Below are positions 17,113 to 26,136 of a DNA stretch of 64,000 bases, one piece after another. The notes beneath the pieces were generated by a model. The model saw only the letters and a program-made list of their open reading frames with translations. It made no database searches and was not told the DNA's origin. The stretch lies in IMG/VR virus record IMGVR_UViG_3300006056_000027, positions 32,001 to 96,000 of that record. The stretch is one strand, 5' to 3'. Numbering within the stretch: the first letter of the stretch is position 1; every line of letters starts with the position of its first letter. The stretch is from a virus. Lineage: Duplodnaviria; Caudoviricetes. A program made the position numbers and the translations under genes.

Positions 17113-19628
17113 ATAAACAACTCAATTTAAGAGAAGTTATTGAAAATGCCTATATTGATAGCGATGTTTATAAGAAGTATAAGGAATGGATTGATTTTGA
17201 ATTAAACCATTTAGAGCTTCATGATTTAGATGATTATGTTTATAACCTAATTGCTATTGATGCAAAGGTTAGTGTTAATCCTAATAATTCTTCTATTCTG
17301 TACTTGCTAGGCATAACTTCTGTTCCTCCTACTGCAAAGATTTCTACGATGGGTGGCACTAAGCCAGATATTGATTCTGACATTGAGCACACCAAAAGAG
17401 AGCAAGTCTTTCAATATTTGAAGGGAAAGTATGGCAATGGATTTGCCCACATAGGTACGTTTTCTGTTTCACAAGGCAGAGGATTGTTTAAAGACGTTTG
17501 TAGAATCTTTGATGTTGAATTTAATAAGAGCAATGAAATTAGCAAGCTCCTACCAGAGAATGCTCATTATATTCCTATTAAAGAAGTCCTTGTTCAGAAT
17601 CCAGAATTCAAAAAGCATTACGATGAAGATCCTTTAATCAAGGAAGTAGTCGATTATGCTATTAAGATGGAAGGATGTGTTAAGTCTTTAGGCGTTCATG
17701 CTGCTGGAGTAATCTTGGCAGACGAACCTATTACTAATTACTTACCGCTATTCTGTTCTAAGGATGCTTCGGTTACCCAGTTTGATGCTGATACAGTTGA
17801 TAAGATTGGATTTAATAAATTAGACGTTCTTGGTCTTAAGACCTTATCTGTCTTGTCAGAAACGTTTAGATTTATTAAGGAAAGACACAATGTGGTTGTT
17901 ACTATGGAAAATATTCCATTAGATGACGAAGCTTCTTATAAAGTCTTCCCTGCAAAAAACACTCTTGGTATCTTTCAAATGGAAGATGTTGCTATCACTG
18001 AATTTGGTGCTAGGTGTAATCCTAAGACCATTTACGACATTAGTAATGTAATTTCATTATGGCGACCAGGCCCAATGTCTATGCCTAATTGTCTATCTAA
18101 CTATATTAAGGCTTGTAATGGTTATGAGAAATTTGATTTTCCATTTCCAGAATACAACTATATCTTTGATAAGACGTATAACTTCTTGGTTTATCAAGAA
18201 CAGTTGTCTAGACTATCAATGGATATGTGTGGATTTACTGGGCCTAGGGCAGACGAATTAAGGAAAGTTGTTTCAAAAAAGGATCGTGTTGCTTTGGTTG
18301 CTATGCGAGAAGAGTTTATAAATGGTGCTGTCAATAAAGGACATGACAAAGATAAGGTCGCTAAATTGTTTGACGATATGGAGGAATTTTCCAGGTATGC
18401 ATTTAACCTGTCTCATGGTATTTCATATTCTTATTTAACTTATTTTACTGCGTATCTTAAGACTCACTATCCTTCTGAATTCTTTGCTTCTGCAATTAGT
18501 CTAGAAGATGATCCTTCTCAAAAGTCTAAGTATATAGACGATGCTAGAAAGAACGGTCTCAATGTTTATCCTCCTGATATTAATCAGTCTAAGAATGGAT
18601 TTACTATTGGCACTGATGGCTCTATTCTTTTTGGATTCAATGGCATCAAGGGTCTTGGCCCTGCTGTTACTAAAAAGATATTAGATTCTCGTCCTTATTC
18701 TAGCTTTGGCGACTTTCTCATTAAGTCTACAATTATTAAAGGTGTCAATAAGAAAGCTATTGAGGCTCTGATTCATTCAGGTGCTTTAGATTGCTTTGGC
18801 TATAGACGCTCATGCATGATTAGATCTTTTGAAAAGTACATATTGGATTTTTCTGAAAACGGAAAACTTAAAGAATTCCCTAAAGAACGTATACAGGAGT
18901 ATATAAAACTTCAAGATGATTACTTTAAAGATAATTCTTTTGCTGAGTTTTCTATATTTGATATTCTTGAAAAAGAAAAAGAACTCATAGGAATTTACAT
19001 TTCTGGCAATCCATTTGATCTAATCGGATCAGTCGTGTCAGAAGATTATCATTCCTTTCAGAGTATTATTGATAGACTAACCCCTGGCAACAAGATAATT
19101 GAATACTCTCTATGTGAGATAGTTAAATTTAAGAAACATAAGACTCCTAAGGGTCAGGAAATGGCATTCCTTGACTGTAAAGACTCTGAAGGCACTAACA
19201 TGTCTTTAACTATGTTTCCTAATATATATGAAAAGTATAAGGATATGCTTAGGGATGGATTGTATATATTAGCCTCTGCTGAATTTAAAAAGGATTCCCG
19301 TGGTCTAGGTGGACTCGTATATAGTTTAACTAATATTTCTGAAAAGATTTCTACGATTAATATTAAAGATATTAAGAAGAAGTCTAGAAATACGATTGAG
19401 CTTCATATTATTGGCACTCCTTCAACAGTCAAGTGTAAGACGGTTTTTAGCAAAATATCTCAGTATGCAAATACTGATAACCTGGATTGTATTATAAATC
19501 TTTACGTCGATATAGATAAAACAAAGTATCTAATAAAATCTATTCCAGTTGTTTCTGTTGATATAGATGTTATTAGGGACTTGAATAAAATTCCTGATAT
19601 CTATGTGTCTAAAGCTAATGCAAGATGA
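17109..19628 (+). CDS. dnaE: DNA polymerase III alpha, C-terminal fragment (catalytic palm, fingers, HhH, OB)
   Basis: KPDIDSD, GVHAAGV, KLDVLGL, GIFQME, RPGP, VYQEQ, YAFNLSH, PPDINQS, IKGLG and EKELIG.YISG.P. Confidence 0.96.
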   Translation: MNKQLNLREVIENAYIDSDVYKKYKEWIDFELNHLELHDLDDYVYNLIAIDAKVSVNPNNSSILYLLGITSVPPTAKISTMGGTKPDIDSDIEHTKREQVFQYLKGKYGNGFAHIGTFSVSQGRGLFKDVCRIFDVEFNKSNEISKLLPENAHYIPIKEVLVQNPEFKKHYDEDPLIKEVVDYAIKMEGCVKSLGVHAAGVILADEPITNYLPLFCSKDASVTQFDADTVDKIGFNKLDVLGLKTLSVLSETFRFIKERHNVVVTMENIPLDDEASYKVFPAKNTLGIFQMEDVAITEFGARCNPKTIYDISNVISLWRPGPMSMPNCLSNYIKACNGYEKFDFPFPEYNYIFDKTYNFLVYQEQLSRLSMDMCGFTGPRADELRKVVSKKDRVALVAMREEFINGAVNKGHDKDKVAKLFDDMEEFSRYAFNLSHGISYSYLTYFTAYLKTHYPSEFFASAISLEDDPSQKSKYIDDARKNGLNVYPPDINQSKNGFTIGTDGSILFGFNGIKGLGPAVTKKILDSRPYSSFGDFLIKSTIIKGVNKKAIEALIHSGALDCFGYRRSCMIRSFEKYILDFSENGKLKEFPKERIQEYIKLQDDYFKDNSFAEFSIFDILEKEKELIGIYISGNPFDLIGSVVSEDYHSFQSIIDRLTPGNKIIEYSLCEIVKFKKHKTPKGQEMAFLDCKDSEGTNMSLTMFPNIYEKYKDMLRDGLYILASAEFKKDSRGLGGLVYSLTNISEKISTINIKDIKKKSRNTIELHIIGTPSTVKCKTVFSKISQYANTDNLDCIINLYVDIDKTKYLIKSIPVVSVDIDVIRDLNKIPDIYVSKANAR

Positions 19629-19932
19629 CAGTAATATGTCTGCGGAAGATTATGAGCTATTCAAACGCCTTAATCTTCTGTTTAAAAAATATTGTGGTGT
19701 TCCACTTACATTCTTAAAATATGAAATAGATAATCTGTCCAAGCGTGTTGAAATTATCGAAACAACATTCAAACAGACTATTCCTGTTATGGCCGCAACT
19801 ACTATTAAGGTAGAAGCTATATCTGCCAATCTTTGTGCAGACAATATAACTTCCGAAGCCAGACTTTCAGCTTTTTCGAAACAAATTTTAAATTCGTGTA
19901 ATAAAGAAGATGTATCTAAACGACTTACTTAA
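19618..19932 (+). CDS. Hypothetical protein
   Basis: About 104-aa ORF in the chain. Confidence 0.55.
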   Translation: MQDDSNMSAEDYELFKRLNLLFKKYCGVPLTFLKYEIDNLSKRVEIIETTFKQTIPVMAATTIKVEAISANLCADNITSEARLSAFSKQILNSCNKEDVSKRLT

Positions 19933-20851
19933 TAGTCATTTGACTTCTGGCTCTAAGCTAAAAGTTCAAAGATTTCCCGCTTTTTATCCATCGTCTGCAT
20001 CCTGTATTAGTAAGGCTGACGGTCAAACTGTAGTTGGGTCTTGTATAAGACAGCTATGGTATAGGTATAAAGGTTATCCAGAATCTAATCCTCCTACATT
20101 ATATTCACAATGGATCTTTGCATCTGGGAATATTTGGGAAGAGTATTTAATTGAAAAATTAAAAGAGATGGGATTATGGCTTGCCAATAGTGTTAGATTT
20201 AATAACCTAGAGTTATTTATGTCTGGTGAAATTGACATCCTAATTAAGGGACCAAAATATAATCCTGTTACTGGCACTGGTAAATGGATTGTAGAGAACA
20301 AAACTTACGGTGGCCAAAATTATACAATGAAGAAAGATCTTCTTGGGTCTAGAGATCAAAATCCTAAACCTAAAGATGCTAACTTACTTCAATCTTTTAT
20401 CTACTTATTAACTTTCAAAGAGCAGGCAGATACTGTAGTTCTAAATTATATTGATAGATCATGTAGTGGTCCTGAAAATAATAAAGAATTCCATATCACT
20501 ATTCATGAAGAAGGTGATGATCTTTTCCCATTGATTACTACAACTAATTTTTATGGTCAAGATTATGCATACGTAGATAGACGTATAAGTCTGAATGCAA
20601 TCAAGGAAAGATTCGCAGACCTTATTGAGTATTTAAAAAATGATGATCTTCCTTTACCAGAATTTCAGCATAAATATACCGATGAGCAAGTTGAAGAAAA
20701 ATATAGCCTTGGTTTGATTGTAAAAACTAAATATGAGGCATGGACAAAAAATCATGACAAGTTCCCTATTGGGGATTGGAATTGTAGCAATATCTATTGT
20801 AGCTTTTCTGATTTGTGTCGTGCTCAAAAAAACAAAGATGGACAACTATAA
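19910..20851 (+). CDS. Cas4-like PD-(D/E)XK exonuclease
   Basis: C.RQLWY, GEIDIL...ENKT, Q...Y and C-terminal C...YC.F..LC (Fe-S-type Cys arrangement). Confidence 0.78.
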   Translation: MYLNDLLNSHLTSGSKLKVQRFPAFYPSSASCISKADGQTVVGSCIRQLWYRYKGYPESNPPTLYSQWIFASGNIWEEYLIEKLKEMGLWLANSVRFNNLELFMSGEIDILIKGPKYNPVTGTGKWIVENKTYGGQNYTMKKDLLGSRDQNPKPKDANLLQSFIYLLTFKEQADTVVLNYIDRSCSGPENNKEFHITIHEEGDDLFPLITTTNFYGQDYAYVDRRISLNAIKERFADLIEYLKNDDLPLPEFQHKYTDEQVEEKYSLGLIVKTKYEAWTKNHDKFPIGDWNCSNIYCSFSDLCRAQKNKDGQL

Positions 20852-20863
20852 TTAGGAGTGTTC

Positions 20864-23407
20864 ATGTCTTTATATAAGATAAAAAATTTAGAAGATCAGC
20901 TTTTAAAAATTAAAATGTTTCTTCCAGAGTATCTCCAAGAAAATAAATTGGATGTTACGAATGGTAGAAAGATTACATGTTTGAGTCCTGCTCATAATGA
21001 TAACTCTCCTTCTATGTCTATGTTCAAATGTAAGGACACGGGCGTTCCGCTTATCAAATGTTGGTCTTGTGGCGTTGTTTACGACGTCTTTAATGTGTGT
21101 CATCTATTAGAGCATAGGCCTATTATTGGTCCAGGCTTTATTGATGATACTGTTATGTATTTATCAAAGAAATATGGTGTCCAATTAGAACTTGGTAAGA
21201 TGTCTGAAGATGAAATATACGAGATGAATGTTCTTCATCTCTATAGTAGTATTCATAAATACATTTCTCATCAAACTCCTAACGATGTCCAGCTCCAGGA
21301 GTTGCATAAGCGTGGGTGGTTACCTGAATTTGCTAAGTCGATTGGTATAGGCGTATGTCATTCAATAGATGATATGAAGCTATATTTAAAAGATTTGGGA
21401 TTTAGTTATAAGTTTATGGAGGAAAATGATCTTGATCATGAAAGATTGTTTAATCCTAATACTTTAATTTTTACGATATTTGATGAATATGCTCGTCCAG
21501 TATCGTTTGCTGCTCGCAATCTAAATTATAACGGTGTCAAGGATGATGCTGGTAGGTTAATCAATGGCACTAAGTTTATTAATTCTAAGGTTAATTCTCG
21601 TTGTGGCCTTGGTAAGAAGAATGAACTGTTATATATGTTCCATACCGCAAGACATAAGGCTACGCCTTTGTATATCTTCGAAGGTAATGCTGATGTTGTA
21701 ACTGCGCATTCTAATGGCTTATTTAATAGTGCTGCTATTTGTGGCCTTGGTTTAAATGAAAATCATCTGAACTTATGCAGACGAAGTGGCGTTTATGATG
21801 TCGTTGTATGTTTGGATAATGATAATGCTGGAATGATGAAGGCTAAACAGATCTTAGATGACTCTCTTAAAAAGGTTCATGATATTAAGATTAGGTTTAT
21901 CTTCTTACCAGATGCTGAAATAACTATTAATGGTGAAACCAAAATCATTAAGGTTGATCCAGATGAATTCATTAGAACCAATGGAATAGAAGAATTCTTG
22001 AAGTTGCCCAAAGTAGATCCATTTGCTTGGAGACTTCAGCAGTTTGATTTTGAGCAGGATGCTGATTCTGAATCAATCTGTTTTGCTATGATATCTATCA
22101 TTGCTGCTGACCCATCTCCTATCAAAAGAGAAGGTATGGTTAAAGAGCTTAGTGATTATACTGGCATTTCTGAAAAGTCAATCAGGGAAGAAGTTGAAAA
22201 GATCGTTAATGCAGATGAACAGAAGATTGCTAAAGCCAAGAGAGCCATTGCTGATGAAGTGATGAATCAACTTGGTGATAACAATATTAATTTTGAAACT
22301 GTATTAGCTGGTGCTTTGGATAAGATTCAGAACGTTGAAAAAGAGTATCGCACTGGAACTTTAGATACTGGTACTAGAATGGCTAACTTGTTGGCTATCA
22401 AAGAATATCAGGAATCTGAAGATGTTCATGTGAAATATAATTTTGGTGATGAGTTTAGAGTATTTAATCACGCTTTTGACGGCGACATGAGAGGCAAGGT
22501 TGTTTATTTAGGCGGTTCACCTAACAGCGGTAAGACATCATTCCTTATTAATCTTGGATGGAATATAGCATTACTAAATGAAAATGCTATGGTTGTTTGT
22601 TTAACTATTGATGATAGTGACAAGGAGTTCGTACCTAGATTGATTTGCTATGATATGGCTAAAAGGACTTATACTACTAACAGGGAGCTGTTTGAATTAA
22701 TTAGCATTAACAAAGTTGGATCTCCATTCCTCTACAAGGATTGTATTGAATACGATGCGATGATGGAAGAACGAGATAGGTCTTATAAAAACCTATTCTC
22801 TATGTCTGAAAAAGATAGGTTTGTATTATTAGATTCTAAGGACGGTAAAACCCTTGAGTTTATTAATACTACTATTAAGTATTATAGTGATAAGTATCCT
22901 GGCAGACATTTATTCTTCTTCTTGGACAACTTCCATTTAATTAATTGCCCGCAATACGAAGAAGGTCGCAGCAAATATAAATATCTTTCTCATGAGATCA
23001 AAGCTACTGCTGTTAAAAATAACTGTACTATTATTTCAACTGCTGAATATCGTAAATTGAATTTTGGTATTAAACCTAATAACTCTGACTTAGCTGAATC
23101 TGGTTCATTGGAATATGATTCTAATGCAATTATGCATATGTATAATGATTTGCATATTAAGCGCGAAGAATCCAATTTGTATCATTGGCCTGATGATATG
23201 ACTGAAAAGAAACCAGTGTGCGAACTTATTACTGGTAAGAATAAAATCACTAGCTTTAAAGGTAGCGTGTGGCTGAAGTTCTTCCCTGATAAGGCATACT
23301 TCCTTGAACTAACTGAACAAGCTTGTACAGATCTGAAAAATGCCAACAATCAAGAAAGACTTGAGGCGCAGACAGAAGAAGAGGATGACTTGGAGAAGTA
23401 TGGTTGA
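20864..23407 (+). CDS. Primase-helicase fusion (CHC2 Zn finger, TOPRIM, DnaB-like)
   Basis: C..PAH.D..PS..CWSC; EGNADV and LDNDNAG; GSPNSGKTS; LAESGSLEYDSN. AGGAG precedes ATG 20864. Confidence 0.93.
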   Translation: MSLYKIKNLEDQLLKIKMFLPEYLQENKLDVTNGRKITCLSPAHNDNSPSMSMFKCKDTGVPLIKCWSCGVVYDVFNVCHLLEHRPIIGPGFIDDTVMYLSKKYGVQLELGKMSEDEIYEMNVLHLYSSIHKYISHQTPNDVQLQELHKRGWLPEFAKSIGIGVCHSIDDMKLYLKDLGFSYKFMEENDLDHERLFNPNTLIFTIFDEYARPVSFAARNLNYNGVKDDAGRLINGTKFINSKVNSRCGLGKKNELLYMFHTARHKATPLYIFEGNADVVTAHSNGLFNSAAICGLGLNENHLNLCRRSGVYDVVVCLDNDNAGMMKAKQILDDSLKKVHDIKIRFIFLPDAEITINGETKIIKVDPDEFIRTNGIEEFLKLPKVDPFAWRLQQFDFEQDADSESICFAMISIIAADPSPIKREGMVKELSDYTGISEKSIREEVEKIVNADEQKIAKAKRAIADEVMNQLGDNNINFETVLAGALDKIQNVEKEYRTGTLDTGTRMANLLAIKEYQESEDVHVKYNFGDEFRVFNHAFDGDMRGKVVYLGGSPNSGKTSFLINLGWNIALLNENAMVVCLTIDDSDKEFVPRLICYDMAKRTYTTNRELFELISINKVGSPFLYKDCIEYDAMMEERDRSYKNLFSMSEKDRFVLLDSKDGKTLEFINTTIKYYSDKYPGRHLFFFLDNFHLINCPQYEEGRSKYKYLSHEIKATAVKNNCTIISTAEYRKLNFGIKPNNSDLAESGSLEYDSNAIMHMYNDLHIKREESNLYHWPDDMTEKKPVCELITGKNKITSFKGSVWLKFFPDKAYFLELTEQACTDLKNANNQERLEAQTEEEDDLEKYG

Positions 23408-24224
23408 ATACAATTATAAATACGAAGAAAGAAACAAAGTAAGGATTCCAAAGCAAAAGATATTAAGTCTTACTCCTGCTTTGGATTCTATTTGTCCTAA
23501 GATATCTACTTATCCAGATTACGATATTAGGTTTAAGAATCTAATATCTAATTATGATTTTGTAAGTGTTGCTAATTATATTGATGATCCTTATAAGGCT
23601 TCTGCATTGATTATTAAAATAGTCTTAAATGATTTTCTTGATAATCCCTCAATGTCTTTAATGGCTATAGAGAATCTGTTTAATAAATATTTTTTCTCAA
23701 TATACGATTCAATGAACAAGGAGCATGTAAGTATTGCTGCCAAGTCTTTTATTAGGCTTACTCAAATACATGAAATGATTTTCCCAGTTCTTAATCAGTA
23801 TAAGCATATAGCTTCCAATATTGATTTTTATACAACCTTAGGCATAAGACCAAGAAACGCTTATCAAACTTGTATTGATGCTGTTCTGGTTAATGAAAAG
23901 ACTAATGATATTTTGTTAATTAATAAAAGCTCATCTTCTCTTATGCTTAATTCTGTTATCAATCCTAAGGTATTGGCTGCTTTAGATTATTGCAAGGAAG
24001 CATCCATTAAGATCTCTAGTATCTTTATTCTTAGCTATGATTTTGTTTCTTTAGAAAGATTGCCATTATTAAAGCAGTATAGTGTTACTGATATTGTTAA
24101 TCAGCTTTCTACATCTTATATGGCTACAGTGTTTCCCAATAGGTTAAACATATCATACTGCGGTATGTGTCCATATAATTCATCTTGCTCATCTGCAACA
24201 GAATACATTAAAGGAGTTTACTAA
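23400..24224 (+). CDS. Degenerate PD-(D/E)XK/AddB-like protein
   Basis: IDAVL..LLINK and C-terminal YCGMCPY...C; catalytic E/D appears lost. GGAG precedes ATG 23400. Confidence 0.5.
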   Translation: MVEYNYKYEERNKVRIPKQKILSLTPALDSICPKISTYPDYDIRFKNLISNYDFVSVANYIDDPYKASALIIKIVLNDFLDNPSMSLMAIENLFNKYFFSIYDSMNKEHVSIAAKSFIRLTQIHEMIFPVLNQYKHIASNIDFYTTLGIRPRNAYQTCIDAVLVNEKTNDILLINKSSSSLMLNSVINPKVLAALDYCKEASIKISSIFILSYDFVSLERLPLLKQYSVTDIVNQLSTSYMATVFPNRLNISYCGMCPYNSSCSSATEYIKGVY

Positions 24225-24541
24225 TGAGACTTAAGTTTCTTTACGATCCTAAAGATGGCCTACCTGTCTCTGATTCGTTTGGTCATCAAAAAATTATTGC
24301 ATCCATTATAGATGACGGAAGTATTATAGTTTGTTTTGTTGATAATCTTGCTTCTAGTTATTATATAGAACGAGTTATTAATAAGTTCCTACCTGATATG
24401 TTTCAGTCTAGTAATTTTCAAGCTATATCCGATGAAGAATGGAACACTTATAACGATTTTCTTTTAGCAAATGGAATGTTTAAGAATCATAATAAAAATA
24501 AATTGAGTGAGGATGAAATAATTGCCACTTCCAGACAATAG
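24224..24541 (+). CDS. Hypothetical protein
   Basis: 105 aa; TAATG coupled. Confidence 0.6.
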   Translation: MRLKFLYDPKDGLPVSDSFGHQKIIASIIDDGSIIVCFVDNLASSYYIERVINKFLPDMFQSSNFQAISDEEWNTYNDFLLANGMFKNHNKNKLSEDEIIATSRQ

Positions 24542-24986
24542 AGGTAGCGCTCCACAAAGACTTCTTTATGATTATTGTGTTTCTATATATGGCATGGATA
24601 GTGTTATATGGGAACAGGTTATACCAGAGCTTGAACAAAGATTTGATATCTTTTTAAAGTACCTAGGTATAGCTATTGAATTTGATGGTAGACAGCATAG
24701 TCACTATGTTGAACATTTTCATAAGGATATGAACGGATATATTAATTCTAAGAACCTAGATAATAAAAAGAATGAGTGGGCTAAGTTGCATAATATAACG
24801 GTCATCAGATTCGATGATTCAAATATGCCTAAATCCGCTCAGGATCTTAGAACGATAATAATAAAATCATTGTCCGATTCACCTAATGACGAATATTCCT
24901 TTTCATCTTTTGATGTTGAGAAGTCTCAACGACTTGTTGATGCGTCCAATTATAGAAAAGATCTTTATAGAAAAAATAAGAAATGA
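24522..24986 (+). CDS. DUF559/Vsr-like endonuclease
   Basis: RFDIFL..LGIAIEFDGRQH...D.KKNEWAK..NITVIRF. Confidence 0.78.
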   Translation: MPLPDNRGSAPQRLLYDYCVSIYGMDSVIWEQVIPELEQRFDIFLKYLGIAIEFDGRQHSHYVEHFHKDMNGYINSKNLDNKKNEWAKLHNITVIRFDDSNMPKSAQDLRTIIIKSLSDSPNDEYSFSSFDVEKSQRLVDASNYRKDLYRKNKK

Positions 24987-26098
24987 CAGATATTAGAATA
25001 TTTCCAAAACTGTACGGCACGTCTTCGTCTGGCAAGATTAAAGAGTGGCAAATTACCGTAGAGGAAGTAAATGGTGTTGGTGCTATCAATACTTATCATG
25101 GCTATGTTGGCCAAAAGATTACGCACAATATTAAGTATATCTATACTGGTAAAAATATTGGTAAGAAGAATGAAACATCTCCTTATGAACAAGCGGTCTC
25201 TGAAGCACAAAGCACTTACAATAAGAAGATTGATGAACAGTACAAATTAAATTACAATGACCCTATCTTAGTTAACGAAATTCCTTTGCCTATGCTGGCA
25301 CATGAGTTTTCAAAGCGAGGTAAGTCAATTGTATATCCCTGCTGCGTACAGCCAAAACTTAATGGCGTTCGTTGCTTAATTACTAGGCTTACTGATCGTA
25401 TGCGCGCTACTAGTCGCGGTGGTAAAGAATATAAAGCCATTTTTAAAATCCTTGAAATATTAAACAACAAGCTATGCGTACATAACATGCTTGATGGGGA
25501 ACTTTATTCCCATAATTTAACCTTTCAAGAGATTGTTTGCGCTATTAAGAATGAAACAGAGTTAGATATTAATTTAGACAAGATTGAATATTGGGTATAT
25601 GACTATCCAGTTGAAAATGTTTCGTTTGCTGCTCGTTATGAGATGCTTGTCGCATTTACAAATCTTGTTAATGATCCATTGATCAAACTTGTTCCAACTT
25701 ATATTGTAAACAATGAAGAAGAGTTGATGCAAAAACATCTTGAGTTTGTTAATGCAGGATATGAAGGCACAATGATTCGTAATACTCTTGGCTTGTATAC
25801 CTTTAAGCATCGTAGCGTTGACTTGCAAAAGTTAAAAGACTTTATGGATGATGAGTTTGAAATAATAGGTGGCGAAGAAGGCTGTGGACTTGCTGAAGGA
25901 CAATGTATATTTATTTGTCAGACTGCAAAAGAACAACCATTTAGAGTTCGCTGTATAGGGCCTAATTCTATTCGTGAAGAACAATGGAATCACTTAAAAG
26001 ATTATATCGGTAAAATGGTTACTGTTAAATATCAATGCTTAAGTGATGATGGTATTCCTATATTCCCTGTTGGCATTGGAGTTCGATATCTTGACTAA
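24983..26098 (+). CDS. ATP-dependent DNA ligase with WGR-like N-terminus
   Basis: PMLA, QPKLNGVR (motif I), LDGELY, YWVYD, GYEGTMIR, LQKLKDF and PIFPV. Confidence 0.93.
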   Translation: MTDIRIFPKLYGTSSSGKIKEWQITVEEVNGVGAINTYHGYVGQKITHNIKYIYTGKNIGKKNETSPYEQAVSEAQSTYNKKIDEQYKLNYNDPILVNEIPLPMLAHEFSKRGKSIVYPCCVQPKLNGVRCLITRLTDRMRATSRGGKEYKAIFKILEILNNKLCVHNMLDGELYSHNLTFQEIVCAIKNETELDINLDKIEYWVYDYPVENVSFAARYEMLVAFTNLVNDPLIKLVPTYIVNNEEELMQKHLEFVNAGYEGTMIRNTLGLYTFKHRSVDLQKLKDFMDDEFEIIGGEEGCGLAEGQCIFICQTAKEQPFRVRCIGPNSIREEQWNHLKDYIGKMVTVKYQCLSDDGIPIFPVGIGVRYLD

Positions 26099-26136
26099 GT
26101 ACATTTATAATAAAATAATATTCTTTGGATATTATA

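Noticed and set aside
16470-17360. Intein or self-splicing intron in dnaE
   Set aside because: No Cys/Ser-start or His-Asn-end intein motifs, no homing nuclease, and no non-coding room for a ribozyme.
19910-20851. CRISPR-Cas locus
   Set aside because: Solo Cas4-like gene with no array, cas1 or cas2.
26091-26119. Sigma70 promoter upstream of nrdA (TTGACT..TATAAT)
   Set aside because: The perfect TATAAT is only 9 nt from TTGACT; the 17-nt-spaced hexamer is AATAAT, which is weak evidence in AT-rich DNA.
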